A DNA stretch of 64,000 nt from an uncultured Bacteroidales bacterium (lineage in GTDB: Bacteria > Bacteroidota > Bacteroidia > Bacteroidales > JAFGXI01): contig CAMZKE010000045.1 of the NCBI GenBank assembly GCA_947311115.1, positions 1,425 to 65,424 on the forward strand. The letters are read 5' to 3'. The number at the start of each line of letters is the position of its first letter. Position 1 is the first letter of the stretch. Of the stretch, positions 45,670-55,809 are shown in pieces. The translations under genes and the position numbers were made by a program. The notes below the pieces were generated by a model, which saw nothing but the letters and a program-made list of their open reading frames with translations, was not told the DNA's origin and searched no databases.

Positions 45670-46979
45670 TATATTACACTAATTCTAACTTTCTTTTTCT
45701 TTATTCGAGTATTGTTAAGTTTATTGATAATAAAATCGGCTTTGTTTTTATGTACGGCAACATAAACAGCATCTTGTTTTAGCTCAATAATACCAATTTC
45801 ATCTTTATTGAGTTTAGCTTGTTTAAAAAACAAGCCGGCAATATCACCCTTAGAAATTTTGTCTTTTCTGCCGCCATTAATATGTAAAGTAACCCATTGT
45901 GGCGATTTAGGTATTGGTTTGTATTCAAATTTAACTTCCTCAATATTTGAAATATACTCTGGTAAATTATCATTTTTCCAAGTAAGTATATATGCAGTTC
46001 CTTCAGTGTTCATACGGGCAGTACGACCATTCCTGTGTATAAATTCTTTTTCCTTTACAGGGAGTTGATAATGAATAATATATTTAAGTTCAGGTATATC
46101 AATGCCACGAGCTGCAATATCGGTAGCAATAATTAATTTATGCGAACCATTTCTAAATTTTAAAAGTGTATGCTCACGGTCTTGTTGCTCCATTCCGCCA
46201 TAATATGTACCATATCTAATACCTTCTTTATCTAAAAATTCGCCAACATATTGTATAGTATCTTTAAAATTACAGAAAATAATACCCGGAGTATTGCCAA
46301 TATTTGAAAGTATTTTAACAAGCGTCTCAAGTTTATCCTTATCTGGTGAAACAACAATTTTTACTTCTAATTTTGGTATTCCATCATCAGAGAAGTCTAT
46401 TTCGTTTGGATTTTTAAGCTTTACAAAATCGGGTATTTCAACACCTTTAGTTGCTGAGGTTAAAATTTTCTTTTTAACTTCTGTTAGTTCTAAAATAATT
46501 TCACGCATTTCTTTTTCAAAACCAATTTCTAATGATTTATCAAATTCGTCTAATACGAGAGTTGTAATATGTTCAGTAGTAAATCGTTGTCGGCGAATAT
46601 GGTCGGCAACTCTACCGGGTGTTCCTATTAATATTGCCGGTCTGTGTTTTAATTCAATTTTTTCTTTAGAACCGGAACGACCACCATAAACAGCATTAGC
46701 TTTAAACCCTGACCCCATCTCACGTACAACACTTTCTATTTGTATTGCAAGTTCGCGTGTAGGAACAAGAATAAGTGTTTGAATTTCATTACAATTTTCA
46801 TCTAATTCTGCAATAATTGGAAGCAAAAAAGCCAAAGTTTTTCCGGTACCTGTTGGTGAAAGTAAAATTATTTCGTTTGAAGAATGTATTGCATAAGTTG
46901 CTTCTTCTTGCATTGGGTTTAATTTCTCAATATTTAATTTTTTGAGAATTTCATTCTGATTTCGTATTGTTTTTGACAT
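45669..46979 (-). CDS. DEAD-box-type RNA helicase with DbpA-like C-terminal RNA-binding domain
   Basis: SPTGTGKT, LVLDEFD, TSAT and HRNGRTAR motifs. C-terminal INGGRKDKISKGDIAG. Confidence 0.8.
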   Translation of the reverse strand: MSKTIRNQNEILKKLNIEKLNPMQEEATYAIHSSNEIILLSPTGTGKTLAFLLPIIAELDENCNEIQTLILVPTRELAIQIESVVREMGSGFKANAVYGGRSGSKEKIELKHRPAILIGTPGRVADHIRRQRFTTEHITTLVLDEFDKSLEIGFEKEMREIILELTEVKKKILTSATKGVEIPDFVKLKNPNEIDFSDDGIPKLEVKIVVSPDKDKLETLVKILSNIGNTPGIIFCNFKDTIQYVGEFLDKEGIRYGTYYGGMEQQDREHTLLKFRNGSHKLIIATDIAARGIDIPELKYIIHYQLPVKEKEFIHRNGRTARMNTEGTAYILTWKNDNLPEYISNIEEVKFEYKPIPKSPQWVTLHINGGRKDKISKGDIAGLFFKQAKLNKDEIGIIELKQDAVYVAVHKNKADFIINKLNNTRIKKKKVRISVI

Positions 46980-47042
46980 TTTGCAAAGGTAATATTATTT
47001 TTTATAGATAAATAAGTTAAATTTGTCGAAAATGTAACTGTT

Positions 47043-48119
47043 ATGAGGATTATTATTTTCTTTAGTTTGATATTGTATGTAAGTGTAAGTTTTGGACAGT
47101 TCAATCAACTGTTTAATAAACAAGAGGCTTTGGATTTGGTTGCTATATGCAATTATTGGGTAAATGGTAAAATAGATGGGGTTGATTCCACTTATATTGA
47201 CACTTCGGAATATAAATTGTTATATGAATCAAAACCAACAAAAATGGATAATATATGGCAGTTATGGCAAAAAGAAAACGATGCAGTAGTTATAAATTTA
47301 CGAGGAACTACAAGTAAATCAATATCTTGGTTCGAAAATTTTTATGCAGCTATGATTCCTGCCGAAGGCGAAATGCTTTTGCCTGATAGCCAGGAGGTGA
47401 AATATAAATTTGCCGAAAACCCTAATGCTACAATTCATACAGGTTGGGCTATTGGAGTTGAAACTATGCTACCTGATATATTAAAGCATATTAAAGAAGT
47501 AAATAAAAAAGGTATATATAATGTTTATATTACTGGTTTTAGTCAGGGGGGTGCATTAGTGCATTTACTAAGAGCTGCATTAGAATATATTCCTGAAGAA
47601 CAGTTATCATCAAAAAATAAATTTAAAGTTTATTCCTTTGCCGGTCCAAAACCCGGTAATAGATTTTTTGCTTATGATTATGCAAGTTATACAAGTATAA
47701 AAAATCCATCATACTCAATTATTAATGCAGAAGATTGGGTGCCACAAGTACCTTTTACAATACAATCGCCTGATAACATGTCAGAAGCAAACCCATTTAT
47801 AGCACTAGAAAATAATGATTATAAAATGTCGTTATTTAAACGAATTTTTATAAAACGTATTTATTATTCAATGAAAAAACCTGTAAAAAAAAGTCAGAAA
47901 CGATTTAAAAAAGTGTTAGGTTCTGATATTGAAAAGAAAATAAAGAATACCATAGGCAATTTTGAAACACCTAATAATACAGACGATTTTTCATATTCAC
48001 CAGTAGGTATTCAGGTAATATTACATCCTTGGAAAGCTAAAACAAACGATAAAATGTTGTCAATTTTTTGGCAACACTTACCTGCTCATTATTATTATTT
48101 AATTAAAGACCAGTTGTAA
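47043..48119 (+). CDS. class 3 lipase-like protein (paralog 1)
   Basis: Signal peptide. ITGFSQGGAL (GxSxG). Collinear similarity to 48207..49283 over the full length. Confidence 0.65.
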   Translation: MRIIIFFSLILYVSVSFGQFNQLFNKQEALDLVAICNYWVNGKIDGVDSTYIDTSEYKLLYESKPTKMDNIWQLWQKENDAVVINLRGTTSKSISWFENFYAAMIPAEGEMLLPDSQEVKYKFAENPNATIHTGWAIGVETMLPDILKHIKEVNKKGIYNVYITGFSQGGALVHLLRAALEYIPEEQLSSKNKFKVYSFAGPKPGNRFFAYDYASYTSIKNPSYSIINAEDWVPQVPFTIQSPDNMSEANPFIALENNDYKMSLFKRIFIKRIYYSMKKPVKKSQKRFKKVLGSDIEKKIKNTIGNFETPNNTDDFSYSPVGIQVILHPWKAKTNDKMLSIFWQHLPAHYYYLIKDQL

Positions 48120-48206
48120 AAAAAAGCATAAATCATAAAAAATATTAATTTAGAACGATTATGTATAAGAAGTAAATATTATATTTAACTTTGCTCAAAA
48201 AACATA

Positions 48207-49283
48207 ATGAAAAAAAATATAATAGGATTATTACTAATTGTATATTCAACAATGTCATTTTCTCAATTTAATATAGCTTTTGATAAGCAAGAAGCTATAA
48301 ATATGGCTGCAATTAGTAATTACTGGATAAACGGAATGATTGAAGGAATGGATTCTACCCATGTTGATTCTGAATATAAATTAGTATTTAGTTCGAAAAT
48401 ATATAAAATGAAAAACGAATGGCAATTGTTAGAGAAAGGTAAAGATGCAATTGTAATACATTTAAGAGGTACAGCAAGGGAATCAGTATCGTGGTTTGCT
48501 AATTTTTATGCTGCAATGATTCCAGCTCAAGGCAAGATGTTATTACCTGATAGTCAAGAAGTAATATATAAATTTGCCGAAGATTCAAGAGCTGCAGTTC
48601 ACGTTGGCTGGGCGATGGGAGTTGAGTTTATGTTATCAGATATTCTCGAAAAAATAAAAGAATATAACGATAAAGGAGTTTATAATATATATATAACAGG
48701 GCATAGTCAGGGAGGTGCTTTATCTCATTTATTACGAGCTGCTTTTGAGTATTTACCTGATAGTTTGTTATCGAAGAAAAATAGATTTAAAGTTTATACT
48801 ATTGCATCGCCTAAACCGGGAAACAGATTTCTTGCCTATGATTATGCTACATATACAACGCTTAAAAATCCATCTTTTTCTATTATAAATAGTTCAGATT
48901 GGGTACCAATGTTACCTTTTAGTGTTCAGTCAACCAAAAATATGCCAGAAATAAATCCTTTTAAATCCTTGAATAGTAATGAGTTTGATATGTCGCTTGT
49001 TAAGCGTGTGGTTGTTAAGCATATGTTTAATTCGCTTGTAAAACCTATTGATAAGAGTCAAAAACGCTTAATAAAAAAGTTAGGTAAAAATATGCGAAAA
49101 AAGATTGAAGACATAGTTGGTGAATTTGATGTGCCTAATACTGTTAAAGATTTCGCATATTTCCCAATGGGTTTACAAATTGTGTTAAAACCAATGAAAG
49201 GTAAATCTGATGATAAATTAGTAAATTTGTTTTGGCAACATTTACCGGCTCATTACTTATATTTAATTAACGAACAATTGTAA
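48207..49283 (+). CDS. class 3 lipase-like protein (paralog 2)
   Basis: ITGHSQGGAL; same length (358 aa) and same C-terminus FWQHLPAHY.YLI..QL. Confidence 0.65.
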   Translation: MKKNIIGLLLIVYSTMSFSQFNIAFDKQEAINMAAISNYWINGMIEGMDSTHVDSEYKLVFSSKIYKMKNEWQLLEKGKDAIVIHLRGTARESVSWFANFYAAMIPAQGKMLLPDSQEVIYKFAEDSRAAVHVGWAMGVEFMLSDILEKIKEYNDKGVYNIYITGHSQGGALSHLLRAAFEYLPDSLLSKKNRFKVYTIASPKPGNRFLAYDYATYTTLKNPSFSIINSSDWVPMLPFSVQSTKNMPEINPFKSLNSNEFDMSLVKRVVVKHMFNSLVKPIDKSQKRLIKKLGKNMRKKIEDIVGEFDVPNTVKDFAYFPMGLQIVLKPMKGKSDDKLVNLFWQHLPAHYLYLINEQL

Positions 49284-49408
49284 TGAAATTTTCTAATTTC
49301 GTACTAGGTCTGATGAATTTACAAAAAATCTGTCGTTACTTTCAAAAAAATATTACATTGAAAACTAAGTCTAACTTACCTTAGCCAAATACTCCACTTG
49401 CTACAATG

Positions 49409-49509
49409 ATTTAATCTGTTTGGGTTTAATTCCCCGTCCCTTGTGACGTATAAAAGAATAGTATTCCAAAACGATACCTGATACCTCGTCCGCTTGCGGC
49501 GAGAAGATT
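49409..49509. repeat. dispersed ~95-bp intergenic element, copy 2 (inverted relative to copy 1)
   Basis: ATTTAATCTGTTTGGGTTTAATTCCCC...TACCTCGTCCGCTTGCGGCGAGAAGATT. Confidence 0.8.
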
Positions 49510-49585
49510 CATTTTTACTCTGTTCTAATTTTATTTAAATATTTTCAACAAAATAGTATAAGATTTACTATTTTTATAAAATATT

Positions 49586-50923
49586 ATGAGAAACAAGATA
49601 AAATACGTTTTAGATACTTTTTTTATATATCATAAAATTGATAGGGAAAAGATTGATATTCATTATGGTATAGATCTTGAATCGAAAATTCAGGTTAAAC
49701 AATCGAATCTTATTTATATTTTTTCTGACCGATTTGATATTAACTATAATAACGTTGTGTGGAAGCAGTGGCTTGATAGAAATATTCCTTTTTTGTTTGA
49801 CCGAAGTACCAACAAAAATATTATTGAAGAAGTTGATGGCAATATTGTTATTAACTACGATATTTTTGCTGCGGCATTTTATTTGTTATCTGGCTATAGT
49901 GAGCTAGTTAACGATGAAAGAGATACTCTTGGTAGAATAAAATACGAAGATAGTATTCAAGCTAATTTAAAAATAACAGAGCTTCCTGTTGTAAATTATT
50001 ATTTTAATATTTTAAAAACTGCTATTGAAAAAGCATACAATATATCTATAGAAACAAATATTTGGGGCGATAAAAAATTTGCAACTTGCTTAACACACGA
50101 TATTGATTATATTCATACACCATGGTCAAAAAATGGATTAAGATATATACTTACTACTAATGTTGTTACTAATATTCAATTACCAATAAAAAAAATAACA
50201 CAAAATAAAGCTTGGTGTAATTTTGAAGAAATAATAAGCATTGAAAAAGAACGTAATGCAAAATCAACATTTTTTATTTTACCAAATAATCAAAAATCGG
50301 ATAAAGGATTTGATAACGCTGATTACACCTTAAAAGAAATTGAAAAATATTTGGAATACATTGAAAGTGAAGGTTTTGAGATTGGTGTTCATCCTAGCAT
50401 TTGTACACATAGAACTTGTTCAAGATTAAAAGATGAAGTAGAAAAATTAGCAAAATATAAACCAAGCTCTAACCGGTTTCATTTTTTAATATACAAACCC
50501 GGGCAAACTAGAAAAACACTAGAAGTAAATAATATAAAAACTGATTCTACATTGGGGTTCTCTCAACATATTGGTTTTAGAAATTCGTTTTGCCAACCAT
50601 TTTATTTATATAATTTTGAGGAGGATAAAACTTCAACTGTGCTTGAAATTCCGTTAAATATTATGGATTTAACATTGTACGATAAAAGATATATGAATAT
50701 TAAACGTGATAAAGTTTTAAGTCGTATAGAAACGCTTATACAAGAAACTGCAAAATTTAATGGCGTTTTAACTGTACTGTGGCATAATAATTTCCTTTCA
50801 GATTTTTTATATAAGGGATGGAAGGGTGTTTACATTAAGCTATTAGATAAACTTAATCAAAAAAACTCAGTACTTACTGACTGTTACACAATATCTCAAA
50901 AAATAACCAATATAAAATCATAG
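49586..50923 (+). CDS. hypothetical protein, possibly polysaccharide-deacetylase-like
   Basis: CLTHDIDYI and GVHPS are reminiscent of NodB-type motifs. Weak. Confidence 0.3.
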   Translation: MRNKIKYVLDTFFIYHKIDREKIDIHYGIDLESKIQVKQSNLIYIFSDRFDINYNNVVWKQWLDRNIPFLFDRSTNKNIIEEVDGNIVINYDIFAAAFYLLSGYSELVNDERDTLGRIKYEDSIQANLKITELPVVNYYFNILKTAIEKAYNISIETNIWGDKKFATCLTHDIDYIHTPWSKNGLRYILTTNVVTNIQLPIKKITQNKAWCNFEEIISIEKERNAKSTFFILPNNQKSDKGFDNADYTLKEIEKYLEYIESEGFEIGVHPSICTHRTCSRLKDEVEKLAKYKPSSNRFHFLIYKPGQTRKTLEVNNIKTDSTLGFSQHIGFRNSFCQPFYLYNFEEDKTSTVLEIPLNIMDLTLYDKRYMNIKRDKVLSRIETLIQETAKFNGVLTVLWHNNFLSDFLYKGWKGVYIKLLDKLNQKNSVLTDCYTISQKITNIKS

Positions 50924-50928
50924 CTGTT

Positions 50929-51450
50929 ATGAGAATGAAAAGTATATTATTAAGATTAATAATTAGAAGCTCTAAACCTAAATATTTAGTTGGTCTTTTT
51001 GTGTTACAGATAATTTTTTCAGTATTTATGTTTTTTGCAGTTCAAACAATTAAAGAAGATACAGGCAAAGCAATTTTAGATACTCAGTTTAGGTACAATA
51101 TTGAGAAAGTTTCAGATTTTTTTACTTCTTATGGCGATGATGGATTAATAACATATAATAAGATTCAATTAATCGATTTATTTTATCCATTAGTTTATTC
51201 ATTACTACTTTCAAGTATATTATATTTACTTTTTTCTCACTCAAAAACCGTAGCTATAATTCTTATGCCAATTGTTGCCGCTTATTTTGACTATGTTGAG
51301 AATTTTCTATTATTTATTTCTACCAGAACTTTTCCAGACTTAAATCCTGCAATGATTAAAATTGCAAGTTTTGCTACATCACTAAAGTGGAGTTTAATAT
51401 ATATTTCTGTTGTGTTTATTATTATTGGATTGCTACGAAAAAAGAAATAA
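50929..51450 (+). CDS. polytopic membrane protein
   Basis: 173 aa with about 4 hydrophobic segments. Confidence 0.5.
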   Translation: MRMKSILLRLIIRSSKPKYLVGLFVLQIIFSVFMFFAVQTIKEDTGKAILDTQFRYNIEKVSDFFTSYGDDGLITYNKIQLIDLFYPLVYSLLLSSILYLLFSHSKTVAIILMPIVAAYFDYVENFLLFISTRTFPDLNPAMIKIASFATSLKWSLIYISVVFIIIGLLRKKK

Positions 51451-51909
51451 TTACATAATTTTATTTATTATATACTCTTTTTTCTGAAAATTAAAGCTAT
51501 TTCCTACTTGTTTGTTCTGAAGTATTTTGCCTAATGGTGATGCTAATGATATTGAGTAAAATACATCATTTTCAATTTCGATTTTTCCAAAAGCTATTGA
51601 AATAAAATAATTGCCATTATTAGTGTAAACAACACTACCGTATATAACTCTATCATTATTTTTTTGTAAATCAATTTTTGATAATTCTTCAATAAATTTG
51701 TTTGTGATAGATAGTTGTTTTTCAGCTTTTTGAATTTCAATATTCATCATCTCTCTACCTGTTTCAAATTTATCGCCTGCACTACTTTTTGTGTCGTTAT
51801 TTCTTGATTCTATGGTCTCGGTAATATCTTTTTGCAAAATCTTAGCTTTGCTATTTAAGCTATCAGAAATATATTTATGTAGTATTTGTTTAGTGTTTTT
51901 AATTGCCAT
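51451..51909 (-). CDS. hypothetical protein with GreA/GreB C-terminal-like end
   Basis: The C-terminus SLASPLGKILQNKQVGNSFNF....YIINKI resembles the GreA C-domain pattern. Weak. Confidence 0.3.
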   Translation of the reverse strand: MAIKNTKQILHKYISDSLNSKAKILQKDITETIESRNNDTKSSAGDKFETGREMMNIEIQKAEKQLSITNKFIEELSKIDLQKNNDRVIYGSVVYTNNGNYFISIAFGKIEIENDVFYSISLASPLGKILQNKQVGNSFNFQKKEYIINKIM

Positions 51910-52040
51910 TATTTATAATATTAACAACAGATATACGCTGAGTTTGTTTGAAAATTAAGTATAAGTTTCGGTGTTTACAAATGACACACCGAAACTTTTT
52001 TATTCTTTTATTTGTGTATTATATGTATATGTTTTTAAAT

Positions 52041-52730
52041 TTATACATTATTTAACGCTGCATTTAAAAAGTCGAATCTAACTTGGTAATCATCAATAGA
52101 TAAATTAATAACTTTTTGAGCTTCTTCTGCACCATAAACATGAGTAATTTCACATTCGTTACCTTCTTCTCCAGGAACATTTTTGTAAGTTAAAAAATAA
52201 TGCTTTAATCGTGTAATAATAGCTTCTGGAACATCTTTAATATCCTGAAACTCACCATAAACAGCATCGCCTTTTAATACGGCAATTATTTTATCATCAG
52301 CTTCGTTCCCGTCAATCATACGTAAGCCGCCAATAGGAATAGATTGTACAAGAATATCGCCGTGAGTAATTTCTTTCTCGGTTAGCACACAAATATCTAA
52401 AGGGTCGCCATCACCTTTAATGTCTTTTTTGCCAGACATTTCTGCTGAGAATTTTGCTAATGAATTTCCACAAAAAGTTTGAGGTATAAACCCATACAAG
52501 GCTGGTACAATATTTGAAAACTTTTGTGGTCTGTCAATTTTTAAATAGCCACTAACTTTATCTATCTCATATTTTACCGTATCGGTTGGTACAACTTCAA
52601 TAAAACTAGTTACAATATTTGGTGCATACTCACCAATGTCAATTCCGTGCCATGGGTGCGATTTATACCTTAATCCCATTAATCGACCTATAGGGTCCAT
52701 TAGTTTATTCGATGTTCTTTTCTTTTCCAT
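52041..52730 (-). CDS. ppa: inorganic pyrophosphatase (family I, long form)
   Basis: VEVPTDTVKYEIDK, GDGDPLDICVL, NEADDKIIAV. Confidence 0.8.
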   Translation of the reverse strand: MEKKRTSNKLMDPIGRLMGLRYKSHPWHGIDIGEYAPNIVTSFIEVVPTDTVKYEIDKVSGYLKIDRPQKFSNIVPALYGFIPQTFCGNSLAKFSAEMSGKKDIKGDGDPLDICVLTEKEITHGDILVQSIPIGGLRMIDGNEADDKIIAVLKGDAVYGEFQDIKDVPEAIITRLKHYFLTYKNVPGEEGNECEITHVYGAEEAQKVINLSIDDYQVRFDFLNAALNNV

Positions 52731-52845
52731 TTTGCAAATTTAAGGTTTTATTTATAATAATTATAAATAATAGTAAATTATTTCATTAAGCTTACGCTAA
52801 TTGTTAAAGAAAGTTTGTAAATTTGTGTTTATAAAAACAATACTA

Positions 52846-55755
52846 ATGAGAAAACTACTTCTACCTATTTTAATTGTTGTTCAGTTTTATGCCTTTTCAC
52901 AGCATAAATCAATAATGCAAGAACAAAGCGAAATTTATAATGCAAAAAATATTTCGGCTTCAGAATATTATAAAATTAATATTCCTGAAAAAATTAACCA
53001 ACAAAAAAGTACTGATGCTTGCAATTTAAATAAAATTGTATTTGGTTGGCATCCATATTGGGTAAATGGCTTAGAGGCAAATTACGATTGGAATTTAATT
53101 TCTGATTTTTGTTATTTTTCTTACGAAGTAAATGCCTCAACAGGTAATGCAAGCACAACACATAGCTGGGCAACAACAAGCGTTGTAACCGAAGCTATAA
53201 ACAATGGAGTAAATACTCATTTGTGTGTAACATTATTTAGTGACCACGCAACATTGCTAAATAGTTCAACTGCAAAGCAAACCCTAATTAATAACCTAAT
53301 TACGCTTATTAGCGACCGTGGTGCAAAGGGTGTAAATATTGATTTTGAGGGAGTAAGCTCTTCGTTAAAAGATGAATTAACTGCATTTATGATTGACCTA
53401 AGTAACCAAATGCACTCACAAATACCTGGCTCAATAGTTAGTTTAGATATGTTTGCGGTTGATTGGAACGGAACAATGGATGTAGCTGCAATGGCTCCTT
53501 ATGTTGATTTATTTATGGTTATGGGTTACGATTATTATTGGAACGGTAGCTCTACTGCAGGACCAAACTCTCCTTTATATTCATTTACGTCATCGTACAA
53601 TTACAATCTTTCTAAAACAATAACATACTATTTAGATGCCGGTGTACCAAACAATAAGTTAGTTATGGGCATTCCATATTATGGACGCGATTGGCCAACT
53701 GAAAATTCATCAATACCATCATCAACAACAGGAAATGGAGGAAGTCGTACATACAAAACTGTAATGGATAATGCTAATGGCTATTACAATACAAGACTTT
53801 GGGACGAAAATACATTTAATTCTTATTACACATATTATAATGGTGGTTGGAGACAATGTTTTTCTGATGATGAATATACTCTACCGTATAAATATGAACT
53901 TTTTAACAGACGTGGTATTGCAGGTATAGGAATATGGACTCTTGGTTACGACGATGGTTATACTGCCTTATGGGATTTGCTTCGTGATTATTTTACCGAT
54001 TGTAATACAACTGTTTGTAGCGATACAATTTACGATATGGGAGGTCCGGCAATGAATTATTACGATAACGAAGATTATACCTATACAATAGCACCAACAG
54101 GGGCAATGAATTTAAGTTTAAATTTTACAGAATTTTCGCTTGAAGATAATTTTGACTCATTATGGATTTACGATGGAAGTAGTATAAATGCACCTCTAAT
54201 AGGGGGGTATTCAGGAACAAATTCACCGGGAAATATTGTCTCAACAGGAAATGCACTTACATTGAAATTTAATTCAGATGGAGCAACAACCGAAAGTGGT
54301 TTTAAAGCAATCTGGCACTGTAATATTGATGCTCAAAACCCAACCACAGTAGTCAATACAAACGAATGGGAAACAGAAAATTTTACACAAAGTTTTACTG
54401 ATAACGATAACTCGCAAATTGATATGAAATTTTATCAAGTTTTGTACAACAATGGTACAAATTGGAAAACAAATACAAATAATGGTTTCTTTTTTGATGA
54501 GTTTGTTGATACATTAAATTGGACATCAATAAGTGGAAATTGGAACAATAATAATAGTGAATATAACCAAACAGACGAAACTAGTGCAAATACAAATTCT
54601 TATGCTTTTATAAACCAAGATGGGCAGTATAGCTATTTGTATCAATGGCGAATGAAAATTTCAGGCACAGGAACAAATCGTCGTGCAGGAATTTATTTTT
54701 TTAGTGATGATGCTTCGCAAGTTCAAAGAAATAATGCATATATGATTTATTTTAGGGTTGACCAAAACAAATGCCAGATTTATAAATCGGAAAACGATAC
54801 TATACATATTAAAACTGATGATAATTGCAATGTTGATGTAGATACTTGGTACGATTATAAAGTTATTTTTAATACTGTAACCGGCAAAATAAGTGCATAC
54901 CAAAATGATATTTTGGTTTCTGAATGGATTGATTCAAATCCGTATTTATCAGGTGATTATATATCGTTTAGAACAGGAAACTGTAATGTGTATTATGATG
55001 ATTTTAATGTCTTTAAATCAAGAAATTCTAATGTTATAATTACACTTGGTACAAATTCAACAAACGATGTGCAAAATCAAAATATTGATATTAATTCACC
55101 TGCTTGCCGAGTAAAATCGGTTGTTACAGATATTGCCAATAATTTTTCTGATATTGCCGATTCTATAATAAATATTGATTGGTCCGTGCCAACAGATGTT
55201 AGTTTTGTAAACGATGGTTTATCAACCGATATTGATACAATTGCCTCTTATTCGGCAATGAATGCCAATTGGGATATTGCTGCTGACAACAACTCGGAAA
55301 TTAAAGATTATTGGTACTCAATAGGAACAACAATAGGTGGTACAGAATTATTAGGCTGGACAAATACTAATAATACAAACAGCTTTACTAATTCAAATCT
55401 TGGGGTAGTGCAAAATACAATATATTATATAAATGTAAAATCGGAAAATAATGCAGGGCTTTTTTCAAATATTTTAAGCTCAGATGGCGTAATAATAACT
55501 GATAACACATTGTTTGTAGCTGATAATTATAATAATGACATTATAAAAATATATCCAAACCCTGTACATGATAAGCTAAATATTAAAATTAAAAATTCTA
55601 ATAAAACACATTATGTTATAATTTATACAATTAGCGGAAAAATTATTTATCAACAACAATATTCTGTTAATAACATTAGTATAGACGTAAGCTCTTACGA
55701 TAAAAACTTATATATATTAATAATTGATGGTGATAAGTTTCAGTTTGTAAAATAA
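52846..55755 (+). CDS. GH18 chitinase-like secreted protein with CUB-like domain and T9SS C-terminal sorting domain
   Basis: Track ORF trimmed to ATG 52846 (MRKLLLPILIVVQFYAFSQ). GVNIDFEG GH18 catalytic motif. C-terminal IKIYPNPVHDKLNIKI...IYTISGKIIY. Confidence 0.7.
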   Translation: MRKLLLPILIVVQFYAFSQHKSIMQEQSEIYNAKNISASEYYKINIPEKINQQKSTDACNLNKIVFGWHPYWVNGLEANYDWNLISDFCYFSYEVNASTGNASTTHSWATTSVVTEAINNGVNTHLCVTLFSDHATLLNSSTAKQTLINNLITLISDRGAKGVNIDFEGVSSSLKDELTAFMIDLSNQMHSQIPGSIVSLDMFAVDWNGTMDVAAMAPYVDLFMVMGYDYYWNGSSTAGPNSPLYSFTSSYNYNLSKTITYYLDAGVPNNKLVMGIPYYGRDWPTENSSIPSSTTGNGGSRTYKTVMDNANGYYNTRLWDENTFNSYYTYYNGGWRQCFSDDEYTLPYKYELFNRRGIAGIGIWTLGYDDGYTALWDLLRDYFTDCNTTVCSDTIYDMGGPAMNYYDNEDYTYTIAPTGAMNLSLNFTEFSLEDNFDSLWIYDGSSINAPLIGGYSGTNSPGNIVSTGNALTLKFNSDGATTESGFKAIWHCNIDAQNPTTVVNTNEWETENFTQSFTDNDNSQIDMKFYQVLYNNGTNWKTNTNNGFFFDEFVDTLNWTSISGNWNNNNSEYNQTDETSANTNSYAFINQDGQYSYLYQWRMKISGTGTNRRAGIYFFSDDASQVQRNNAYMIYFRVDQNKCQIYKSENDTIHIKTDDNCNVDVDTWYDYKVIFNTVTGKISAYQNDILVSEWIDSNPYLSGDYISFRTGNCNVYYDDFNVFKSRNSNVIITLGTNSTNDVQNQNIDINSPACRVKSVVTDIANNFSDIADSIINIDWSVPTDVSFVNDGLSTDIDTIASYSAMNANWDIAADNNSEIKDYWYSIGTTIGGTELLGWTNTNNTNSFTNSNLGVVQNTIYYINVKSENNAGLFSNILSSDGVIITDNTLFVADNYNNDIIKIYPNPVHDKLNIKIKNSNKTHYVIIYTISGKIIYQQQYSVNNISIDVSSYDKNLYILIIDGDKFQFVK

Positions 55756-55809
55756 AAAAAACAAAACCTTTATTGTATTTTTGCGTTAGTATTATGATTA
55801 AGTAATTTT

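Noticed and set aside
51963-52003. Hairpin AAGTTTCGGTGT/ACACCGAAACTT plus T-run as a terminator
   Set aside because: The T-run is on the + strand while both flanking genes are on the minus strand. The orientation is wrong for a simple terminator call, so it is not listed as a feature.
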